Shown here in pieces: positions 12,669 through 22,459 of a DNA stretch of 64,000 bases (the stretch's first letter is position 1; every line of letters begins with the position of its first letter). The DNA lies in assembly GCA_048013815.1 (NCBI GenBank), contig CM106586.1, positions 9,176,001 through 9,240,000 on the forward strand, written 5' to 3'. Source of the DNA: Setoptus koraiensis. Taxonomy: Eukaryota > Animalia > Arthropoda. Under the pieces are notes generated by a model. It had not been told where the DNA came from. It was given only the letters and a program-made list of their open reading frames with translations, and searched no databases. Both the position numbers and the translations under genes were made by a program.

Positions 12669-13906
12669 TTAGGCCATCTCCCAGTCGCCTAGGTGGCCTC
12701 TGCATTCCGGCTCACAGTACTCACAGTCCGCGTAATATCGGTAGCCTACTCGATCTGTAATACCCTCAAAAATTTTTTCTGGCGACTCGAGAAAGCGTTG
12801 ATACTCATCACTTGACTCTTCCATCTTGTGGCGTTTCACTAGATAATGGTCTCTCTTGCTTAGCCGTCTTCCTGCTCTTAGCAATGCATTCAGCATGCAA
12901 ATTCTTGCGTTGCACCATTCATCCGATTCGTCGTCGAAATGATACTCGACATCTTCGTTGTACTCATTGACCCACTCAATTCTCCAATCCACATCCATTT
13001 TAATTCGCTGTGGTCTTGGCGAATCGTCTGGCAATGGAGACCCCAGCCATGGATCGCTCTGGAGGTTTCCTCTGAGAACGAGCTCTTCTAGGTCCTTGCA
13101 CACAGTCACCATTGCAACCACATTATCCATCCAATCATCCCCCGCAGAGTATAGTAATCGTTTCAAATTTTTACTTGCCAGGACCAAATGTAACCATTCA
13201 TTATTGGTGCCTTCACCTAAATGCGACACAGAGGTGAATTCGTTTTAATGGTTTAGATCAACCTAACCAGTCGATACAATAATTTTAAAATGTACTCACG
13301 TCTAAACATCCCATAGGAATAATATACTTGTCGTATGTCGAGATACTCAAAAGCAAAAGTCTTGTCTCTGAGAATTGGGGCCAGAAACTGTTTTGTGTTG
13401 TCGCGGGCACTCAGATACAACAATCGGTCGTGAGCAGCGTTCAGCATCATACTCAATTCCCATCTGTCGCCTAAGAATTTCACAGAGTCAATAGTGAGTG
13501 ATGTAATTTTGTCACAAATAGTCACAATTCTAGTCAATTGTCCGGGTCCAATAGACATTTTACTCAAATTCAAAGTGGTCAGCATGGCACAGTTGTCGGT
13601 GATTATTCCATGAGTGCCAGGTTTAATGCGATCAATAACATTGACAAGATTGAGGCATCTCAATTGGGGCACTCTTTTCAACAGCCTTTCTAACACCTCT
13701 ATGTCCGGTTGTCGATGGAATTTTTGGCTGGTTTCCATGTGTTTTAATCTGAATAAATGTTCGGCTACGATGCTATTGAGCGCCTTCGATACCATGGCCA
13801 GACGGCCCAGATCAACAATATCGGTCAGATGGTTCATGATACGAAGCCAGAGTTCGGCCGGCAAGCAACCATAAGATCTGTTTTCTTCCTCTTTGCTTTT
13901 CTCCAT
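12669..13906 (-). CDS. F-box/LRR paralog 3; join(complement 13906..13300, 13216..12669), 384 aa
   Basis: Near-identical to paralog 2, with the same 83-nt phase-1 intron (13299..13217). Confidence 0.88.
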
Positions 13907-14592
13907 GGTTTTCTTTTCTTGCACTTTTCTTCCGTGTCGACGTTATTATCAAATTCAATCATATTCAAATTATATAACTAGACGCTAAATGTCGAGCAAA
14001 TGTATAAATAAATGTGCTAATGACATACAAACAACGATGGATTTATAACGACGCGTGAGACATTATTATAATCTCAATGATCACAGTTTTATCGCACCAC
14101 GGCAACTTTTCAAATTTCATTGCAGGGGGATTCCGTGGTTTGCGTGGGTTCGACAGACGTGATGAACTTGCTTCGTTTGAGGCAGAAATGACAGTTTCAA
14201 TTAGATGGAGAGAGCACAGGATAAGACATGTGACCAGCCACAATGAGACAGCCACTCTTTATTGTAATTGACAAGTGACTTGTGAGAAGATTGAAAAGAC
14301 TAATTGTGCCGCATTAATTGTGGCTTCTACGCGGGAATCACTGGGCCCCAATCGTCCTATATCGTCTTTTACACAGTCAGCGGGCTGTCATTCAAAATTT
14401 AGAAATTGTTGGCCTCCATTACAGAAACGAAAGAGAAGCGAAATTTGGCTGTCATATGTACCGTTCGAAACAGTTTCTGAACATCGCATGTATTCTCGAA
14501 TAAAATGCATTTACAGACACTTAATGGTCGGACCCGTGGGCCTCGGGAGGGCCTCAGTCTGGTCCGGCGCACATTATAAACTTATGAAAAAA

Positions 14593-15394
14593 TTATCTGT
14601 TTTGAGGAGTCAATCTACTCTTGAACCATTCGTCTTTTTCTCGTCGTTTTTCCGCTAAACGCTCATCCCTTTGGATGCGGTTTAGGCTTGGTTGCGGATG
14701 TTTCCTGATGAAAATTATAAGCACGGTAAAGAAAAGAACGAAACCGACAACTACGGCTGCTGCTACCGCTAATTCTTTCGGAAGAGGCATATGATGTGCA
14801 TGTGTATCCCACGGATAATGGGTGACTGCGTGATGACCAACGGCTGCCCCACTGTGTACGACAGCACCAGCGAATTGTACATCTCGCTCAGGATCTTCCT
14901 CTCTTGCCATCAATGATTGCTTGATGGACTCATCGAACACGGATAATTTCAGATATTTCGCCAATAAGCGTTCGGCGCCAGCACGTTTCAACAGCCAACC
15001 GGACAGACCCTTTGATTGCGTGTAGCACTTTAGGTCGGCATCAAACGAATCGAAGATGTCTGGCTGCTCGAATTTGTGCACCGGATCACTAACGATCTCG
15101 TCGGGTGATTCTTTGGTGGTGTTGACGATGAAAATCCGTTCGTCGTTCACTATTTCCCTGTCGAGTTTGTCCACTACATCGCTGTCTAAATCTAGATTTG
15201 CTTGCACAATGAGAACACCTTGGCAATATTGAACGGCTTGTATCCAGTTGAGAAGTCTCACATTTTTGCTTAAGCTTTTTTCTAGATCGCCCGTGTCGTC
15301 GCGTGCCAGATATCCCTTCATGGCCAACAGCGGAATGGTGTAAATGGATGCTCGTGCATATCGCTCTATTATTTTGCAAGCTTTCTTAAGTTGG
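14593..15394 (-). pseudogene. 5'-truncated duplicate of the novel membrane-protein gene at 22460..23956
   Basis: High identity to the C-terminal half (QLKKACKIIERY...TM...EKDEW). Homology stops at 15394 (AAGTTGG), where it joins F-box 3'-flank sequence also found at ~19025. No signal peptide; an in-frame stop lies just upstream. Confidence 0.75.
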
Positions 15395-15732
15395 ATTTCT
15401 CCAGCTTCTTACAAGCCGAATACAGGTCTTCTTACCTGTAACCTGGTTGCGAGGAACAGCGATTGTCGATGATGAATTGAGCTGCGTTGCCGATGGGTTT
15501 ACCCAGCTGGGTCGACCCCGGGGTTGAGTTGGGTGGGTCGACCCTGTGAGTCACATCTACCCACTGGGTTGAGCGGCTGAGTAACCCAACCCAGTGGGCG
15601 AGCCTCGATCACTGACATTGAAGCCGCCGAAATACGGTCGTACGCTCGGCGAATGTTTGCTCGTATGACGCCAGCTCCGGATTCGCTAGCCAATCGAACA
15701 GCCAAGAATATTGCGAAAATCTTGTGCCCAAA

Positions 15733-16797
15733 TCATTCCTCACTCGGATCGATGTCGGAGAACTCTTCTAGAAAGCGTTGATACGCCCAACCTGGCTTGA
15801 CCATCTTGTGGCGTTTCACTAGATAGTAGTCTCTCTCGCTGAGCCGCGATCCTCTTCTGAGCCAATAATTCAAACTGACAATCCTCTCGTTGCACCATTC
15901 ATCCGATTCGTGCTCGAAATGATACTCGGCTGTTTCGTTGTAATCTTTGATTTTTTTTTCTCTCCAATCCAGCTCCAATTTGATTCGTGGCCTAGGCAAG
16001 TTGGCTGGCCAGTCGAAGGCCATCCAACAAAGCCATCCCTCTGTCAGGTCTGTCCCTTTGATGACGAGCTCTTCCAGGTTCTTGCAAGCCATCACTGTGT
16101 GAGTCACATCAGAGCCACACCAAGACCCCATGGAACATAGCAGTCGTCTCAAATTTTTACTAGAGCTACTCACAGGAAACCATATATCCAGGTGACTGGG
16201 ATAATAACGATCAAAACTTTCGCATCGTATGTCGAGATACTCAAGAGCGAAACTCCTGCCTTGGAGACTAGAGGCGAGACGCTGTTTTGTATTGTCGCGC
16301 GCACTCAGATACAACAATCGGTCGTGAACAACGTTCAACATCATGCTCAATTCCCATCTGTCGCCTAAGAATTTCACAGAGTCAATGGTGAGTGATGTAA
16401 TCTTGTCACAAATAGTCACAATTTTAGTCAATTGTCCGGGTCCAATAGACATTTTACTCAAATTCAAAGTGGTCAGCATGACACAGTTGTCAGTGATGAC
16501 TCCATGTGTGCCAGGTTCAATGCGCGTAACATTGATAAGATCGAGGCATTTCAATCTGGGCACTCTCTTCAACAGCCTCTCTAACACCTCTATGTCCGGC
16601 TGTCGCGAGAAGTGTTCGCTGGCTTGTAATCGTCTCAATCCAGATAAATGTTCGCTCACGATGCGATTGAGTGCCTTGGACACCATGGCCAGACTGCCCA
16701 GATCAACGATATCAGGTAGATGGTTCATGATACGAAGCCAGAGTTCGGCCGGCAAGCAACCATAAGATCTGTTTTCTTCCTCTTTGCTTTTCTCCAT
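15733..16797 (-). CDS. F-box/LRR paralog 4, intronless, 354 aa
   Basis: Single ORF with F-box (LPAELWLRIMNHLPD), LRRs and the shared C-terminal WREKKI..Y..HFEHESDEWCNERI..RDYYLVKRHKM block. Confidence 0.9.
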   Translation of the reverse strand: MEKSKEEENRSYGCLPAELWLRIMNHLPDIVDLGSLAMVSKALNRIVSEHLSGLRRLQASEHFSRQPDIEVLERLLKRVPRLKCLDLINVTRIEPGTHGVITDNCVMLTTLNLSKMSIGPGQLTKIVTICDKITSLTIDSVKFLGDRWELSMMLNVVHDRLLYLSARDNTKQRLASSLQGRSFALEYLDIRCESFDRYYPSHLDIWFPVSSSSKNLRRLLCSMGSWCGSDVTHTVMACKNLEELVIKGTDLTEGWLCWMAFDWPANLPRPRIKLELDWREKKIKDYNETAEYHFEHESDEWCNERIVSLNYWLRRGSRLSERDYYLVKRHKMVKPGWAYQRFLEEFSDIDPSEE

Positions 16798-17158
16798 GGT
16801 TTTCTTCTTTTACTGCTACTTTTTTCAGTGTCGACGTTATTAACAAATTCAATCATATTCAAATCATATTCCAAGACGCCTCCTGTCGAGGAAATGTATG
16901 AATAAATGCGATGAGGATGTACAAACAACGATGGATTCATAACGACATTTGTGACATTATTGCACGCAAGAGCATAGTAGTTTGAGCGCACCACGGCGAA
17001 GCGTCATTTTCGACTCCGTTGCAAGGGATTTGCAGGTGGTTTAGGTGAGTTACGTAATGAACATGCTGCGATTGAGGCAGGAATGATTGTTTTGATTAGA
17101 TAGAGAGATGGGACAAAGTTACAAGCTGCTCATTTAGACACCGTTGATTTGTTATCAC

Positions 17159-17474
17159 TAGTGTGGCGGAAAAAACTACTTTAATACAAGGTGTTCAATT
17201 CGTTTAAGACAATTGGATTTTTAAACACATGTGTTTTAAATGTATTTAACGCATAAAGGGTTTAAACCTTTCTAAAAATGTCTCATTCAAAAAAAGAGTG
17301 AGTTTTTTATTCCGAGAAAAATGTATTTTACTGTCTCAAACTCGAAATAAAAGACACTTTAAGACGGGTTTAAACCCTTTTTGCGTTAAATACGTTTAAG
17401 ACACATTTGTATTGAAGTGTACTGAATTCTGCCATATAAAAGAAATGTGTTTTAGACGGTATTCCGCCACACTA
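17159..17474. mobile_element. hAT-like MITE, 316 bp
   Basis: Perfect 13-bp TIRs (TAGTGTGGCGGAA 17159..17171 / TTCCGCCACACTA 17462..17474). 8-bp TSD GTTATCAC (17151..17158 and 17475..17482). Internal ~48-bp inverted repeat (~17221-17268 vs ~17367-17412). Empty sites with a single GTTATCAC at 10589 and 20677. Confidence 0.9.
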
Positions 17475-17482
17475 GTTATCAC

Positions 17483-18514
17483 TGATTGGCATCATCGACA
17501 ACAAATGTAAAACAACACGAGTAAAAAAAAATGAAAAACGCCGCTGATAAATTAATACTAATTCAGTTCTAGCTAGGCTTTTTGTCTCTCTTTTTGAAAC
17601 TAGTCTAGTTCAACAACTCCACGCTTGGTTTATCATATTTCGAATAGTGAATTGTATGAAATTATTGGCGACAGCCAAAGTAAAGTAGATCTGAATAGGA
17701 CAGGTTATTCGTGAACATGGTCACTGTTGCACTTATTTGATTTCGATATTTATCAATCCGGGTCATTCAAAACAATGGCGTCCAACATGAGTCACCTTAA
17801 TCCGACTGTGGCAACCGAAAAGGCCACTTTTGCATTGGTCAGTATTGTCTCAGATTTTTCGCTAATGATAAACTTTTAATGAAACGATCGACAGACAACG
17901 ATAATTACCCACTATCTCTTAACTGTCTGTATGTATAGGGTTGCTTCTGGGAAGCGGAGGCTCTTTTTGGTGCCGTAAGAGGCGTCAGCAGAGTGAGAAG
18001 TGGCTACACGGGAGGAAGTAAGCTTAATCCGACCGAGTATGATCTTGGCGATCACACAGAGGCAGTAGACATTGATTACAATCCGAAAGTAATCAAATAC
18101 AAGGTACTGTTGCAAACAATATCACTGATCATCAAGAGACAATTGCAATCTGACAGATCACAACTGAATTCAAATTAACTATCTTTTATCCAATATTTAA
18201 TATCCATAAATTTAAATTTAATAATATCTCTAGAGGCTGCTGGATATGTTTTGGGCCAATCACGACCCGACATACAATTTCAGGCGACAATACATGTCAG
18301 CCATATATTATCACAATGACAGACAGAGGATGCTGGCCGAAAAAACTAAGCGCAGACAAGCGAAAATGACACAATATGCCAGTAGGGATATCAAGACACA
18401 AATAGTGCAGGCGTGTACATTTTACAATGCCGAAGATTATAATCAGAAGTATTATTTGCGCAACGTTTGCACAGATTTATTTGACTCTATGCAATTCACA
18501 AGTGGACAACAGGT
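17483..18514 (+). repeat. ~1-kb near-identical segment shared with ~20685..21713 (MsrA2/MsrA3 upstream region, introns and 5' CDS)
   Basis: Introns and promoter match almost base for base apart from small indels. Divergence begins abruptly after GGACAACAGGT. Confidence 0.85.
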
Positions 18515-18764
18515 AATTGAATCGCAACTTGCGGCTCGACTCAATAGCTGGACAGCCCAGTACGGATTGCACCAATTCCGGTATGAGCGCGGACGTCAAG
18601 TTCACAACTTACACGCATCAGGCCGTGAATTTGTAAGAAGTCAAGGTTTCAGGAGAGACCTGGAGCCCTTGGTGGCCGATGTTGTTTGGTCTGGCAGCAA
18701 AGGTGATTGCCGAAATGAGTGGTGCTTACGAAAGAACAAAGCTTACCACAAACAAAGGAGTTAA
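17775..18764 (+). CDS. MsrA: MsrA paralog 2; join(17775..17837, 17939..18103, 18234..18764), 252 aa
   Basis: Same exon structure and motifs as paralog 1 (GCFWE, GYTGG, DHTE, HDPT, QYMSAI); AEDYNQKY variant. Confidence 0.9.
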
Positions 18765-19298
18765 TCAAGCGGTCTTTCATTAGAACCGTTCTATGTTTAT
18801 TTCTTCATACTTATGTACATGTTCGCGCAAATAACATGCATCCAATTTTTTGTATTTCGTTTGCGACTCGAACTCAACCATCCCTAGCTACTCTGCTGCT
18901 ACCCCTTCTATGCTCTATCTTTTTCACTTTCTTCTATGCCTCACAATCAAGTTTCTGTCGGTCAATCTCATTTTTTCATTCTTCTCATCCATCTATAGCA
19001 TTCGGGCGTCAGCAAGGATTCCTCCAGCTTCTTACAAGCCGAATACAGGTTTCACCTGTAACCTGGTTGCGAGGGACAACGATTGTCGATAATGATTCGA
19101 GCTGTGTCAGGCTTAATGTGATCGGTTCATCTACTCATGTAATATCGTCGGATGAATTATGAGTTCACGACTCCGGCTCGGTTGCCCTCGACAATGAAGG
19201 CTCGGGTCGTCTGCCCGACAGTCACTTGCTTGTATGACGCTCGCTCCAAATTCGCTACATCGAACAGCCAAGAATGTTCCGAAAATCTTTTGCCCAAA

Positions 19299-20372
19299 TC
19301 ATTCCTCGTCCCGATCAATATCTGGAAACGCTTCCAAGAGGCGTCGGTAGGCCCAACCTGACTTGACCATCTTGTGGCTTTTCACTAGATAGTAGTCTCT
19401 CTCGTTGAGCCTCGTTCCTCTTTTGAGCCAATAATTCAAATGGACAATTCTGTCGTTGCACCATTCATCCGATTCATGCTCGAAATGATACTCGGCTGTC
19501 TCGTGATATTCTTGGATCCTTTCTCCTCTCCAATCCACTTCCAATTTGATTCGTGGCCCGGACCAGTTTGCTGGCCTCTTGAAGGCTTCCCAAACAAAGT
19601 GACCCCTTGTCAGGTCTGTCCCTTTAAGAACGAGCTCTTCCAGGTTCTTGCAATCCTTCGCTATGCGAGTCACATCACGTTCATCCCAAAACCACATGGG
19701 ACATAGCAATCGTTTCAAATTTTTACTAGAGCTAATCACAGGAAACCATATATCCGGGAGACTGGGAAAATAACGATCAAAACTTTCGCATCGTATGTCG
19801 AGATACTCAAGAGCGAAACTCCTGCCTCGGAGACTAGAGGCGAGAAGCTGTTTTGTATTGTCGCGCGCACTCAGATACAACAATCGGTCGTGAACAACGT
19901 TCAACATCATGCTCAATTCCCAGTCGTTGCCTTCAAATTTTACACCGTCAATGGTGAGTGATGTAATCTTGTCACAAATAGTCACAATTTTAGTCAATTG
20001 TCCGGGTCCAATAGACATTTTACTCAAATTCAAAGTGGTCAGCATGACACAGTTGTCAGTGATGACTCCATGTGTGCCAGGTTTAATGCGTGCAATGACG
20101 TTGGCAAGATTGAGGTACCTCAATTGGGGCATCCCCTTCAATAGCTTCTCTAGCACCTCTATATCCAGCCCCCGCCGGAAGTTCCCGCTGGATTCTGACT
20201 GTTCCAATCCAGATAAATGTTCCGCTACTATACGATTGAGCGCCCTGGAAACCATGGACAAACGGCATAAATCAACAATATCTGGTAGATGGTTCATGAT
20301 ACGAGGCCACAGTTCGGCCGGCAAGCAACTGTAAGACATATCCTCTCCTTTTTTTCTTTCCTCCATGCTCAT
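19299..20372 (-). CDS. F-box/LRR paralog 5, intronless, 357 aa
   Basis: F-box LPAELWPRIMNHLPDIVDLCRLSMVSRALN, LRRs and the shared C-terminal block; most similar to paralog 4. Confidence 0.9.
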   Translation of the reverse strand: MSMEERKKGEDMSYSCLPAELWPRIMNHLPDIVDLCRLSMVSRALNRIVAEHLSGLEQSESSGNFRRGLDIEVLEKLLKGMPQLRYLNLANVIARIKPGTHGVITDNCVMLTTLNLSKMSIGPGQLTKIVTICDKITSLTIDGVKFEGNDWELSMMLNVVHDRLLYLSARDNTKQLLASSLRGRSFALEYLDIRCESFDRYFPSLPDIWFPVISSSKNLKRLLCPMWFWDERDVTRIAKDCKNLEELVLKGTDLTRGHFVWEAFKRPANWSGPRIKLEVDWRGERIQEYHETAEYHFEHESDEWCNDRIVHLNYWLKRGTRLNERDYYLVKSHKMVKSGWAYRRLLEAFPDIDRDEE

Positions 20373-20976
20373 TTTGCCAGTATCGATGTTATTACCAAAA
20401 TGACATCCTGTGAGGAAACGTTGATATCAATATAATAATACACGTTCGGATATACAAGCAACGATAGATTTATACCGACACGTGAGATGCTGGTATTAGC
20501 TAAATTTTATTAGTTTTGTTGCACCACGACGACGCACCTTTTCCAATTCTATTGCAGGGGAATTCCAACGCACGCATGGGTTAGAGCTACGTAATGAACA
20601 TGCTGCGATTGAGGCAGAAATGACAGTTTCGATTAGATAGAGAGATGGGCAGGATAAGATGGGACACCACCGGATCGTTATCACTAATTGGCATCATCGA
20701 CAACAAATGTAAAACAACACGAGTAAAAATGAAAAACGCCGCTGATAAATTAATACTAATTCAGTTCTAGCTAGGCTTTTTGTCTCTCTTTTTGTTTGAA
20801 ACTAGTCTCGTTCAACAACTCCACGCTTGGTTTATCATATTTCGAATAGTGAATTGTATGAAATTATTGGCGACAGCCAAAGTAAAGTAGATCTGAATAG
20901 GACAGGTTATTCGTGAACATGGTCACTGTTGCACTTATTTGATTTCGATATTTATCAATCCGGGTCATTCAAAACA

Positions 20977-21996
20977 ATGGCGTCCAACATGAGTCACCTT
21001 AATCCGACCGTGGCAACCGAAAAGGCCACTTTTGCATTGGTCAGTATTGTCTCGGATTTTTCGCTAATGATAAACTTTTAATGAAACGATCGACAGACAA
21101 CGATAATTACCCACTATCTCTTAACTGTCTGTATGTATAGGGTTGCTTCTGGGAAGCGGAGGCTCTTTTTGGTGCCGTAAGAGGCGTCAGCAGAGTGAGA
21201 AGTGGCTACACGGGAGGAAGTAAGCTTAATCCGACCGAGTATGATCTTGGCGATCACACAGAGGCAGTAGACATTGATTACAATCCGAAAGTAATCAAAT
21301 ACAAGGTACTGTTGCAAACAATATCACTGATCATCAAGAGACAATTGCAATCTGACAGATCACAACTGAATTCAAATTAACTATCTTTTATCCAATATTT
21401 AATATCCATAAATTTAAATTTAATATCTCTAGAGGCTGCTGGATATGTTTTGGGCCAATCACGACCCGACATACAATTTCAGGCGACAATACATGTCAGC
21501 CATATATTATCACAATGACAGACAGAGGATGCTGGCCGAAAAAACTAAGCGCAGACAAGCGAAAATGACACAATATGCCAGTAGGGATATCAAGACACAA
21601 ATAGTGCAGGCGTGTACATTTTACAATGCCGAAGATTATAATCAGAAGTATTATTTGCGCAACGTTTGCACAGATTTATTTGACTCTATGCAATTCACAA
21701 GTGGACAACAGGTGATTGAATCTTACGTCGCGGCTCTATTAAATAGCTGGATAGCCCGGTACGGTTTGCACTGCCTCCGGTATGAGCGCGGTTACGAATC
21801 CCGATACGGGTATAGGTATGGCTATCTATACAGATTCTTGGACGATTTTGGTATCTTGGACGTTCATCAAACTGAGATCGCTAGTATTGTTCGTCAAGCC
21901 ACCAAAAAGTGTTGCCGCAATAGATGGTGCAGACGAAAAAATAAATACTACAATGAACGAATGGACATAAGCAACTCAGAATCATTGTCAGATTAA
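20977..21996 (+). CDS. MsrA: MsrA paralog 3; join(20977..21039, 21141..21305, 21433..21996), 263 aa
   Basis: Same structure as paralog 2, with an identical N-terminal ~175 aa and a distinct C-terminus. Confidence 0.9.
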
Positions 21997-22459
21997 CAAG
22001 TTACCTGTGCAAACATGTTAGTTGTTCGATATAAAATAAAATGAAATATCCAACTCTTTTGTCTGGGCAAACGTACCAATTAATAAATGTTGTCAGTTTT
22101 TTGGTTGTTATCATGACGGGACAATTTAAATATTATGAATTCGTTCATTCATGAAGATCCTTGGACATTCATGAATCACTGGCTTCCGTCGTAAATGAGG
22201 ACAATTACTCCCGCTTAAATCACAATGACATCTAGCAATGAGATAAGTCAGAGAAACCGGATGTCAGCCAGCCAGTACATGTATGGGCTGTCTAATTTAC
22301 AATTTAGCTTTTAGTGTCAGTGAGTTGAGTATAATAATAATTTTATTGTTGTTAGGTGGCGGCTGAATAGATTGAAAAGATTAATTGTGCCGCATCAATT
22401 GTGAGATCGTGGCGTATTAGATCGTCTTTCACACAGTCGGTGGCCCATCATTAAAAAGT

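Noticed and set aside
14043-14255. Signal-peptide-like ORF MAVSLWLVTCLILCS in the F-box upstream spacer
   Set aside because: GTG start directly after a stop; homologous spacers at ~8400 and ~10500 carry stops or frameshifts.
15499-15732. In-frame ORF after the FBX4 TGA (similar after FBX5), suggesting readthrough or Sec; G/C-rich hairpin at 15560-15598
   Set aside because: TGA-TTT is not a typical readthrough context, the extensions diverge quickly between copies, and the hairpin is not shared with FBX5.
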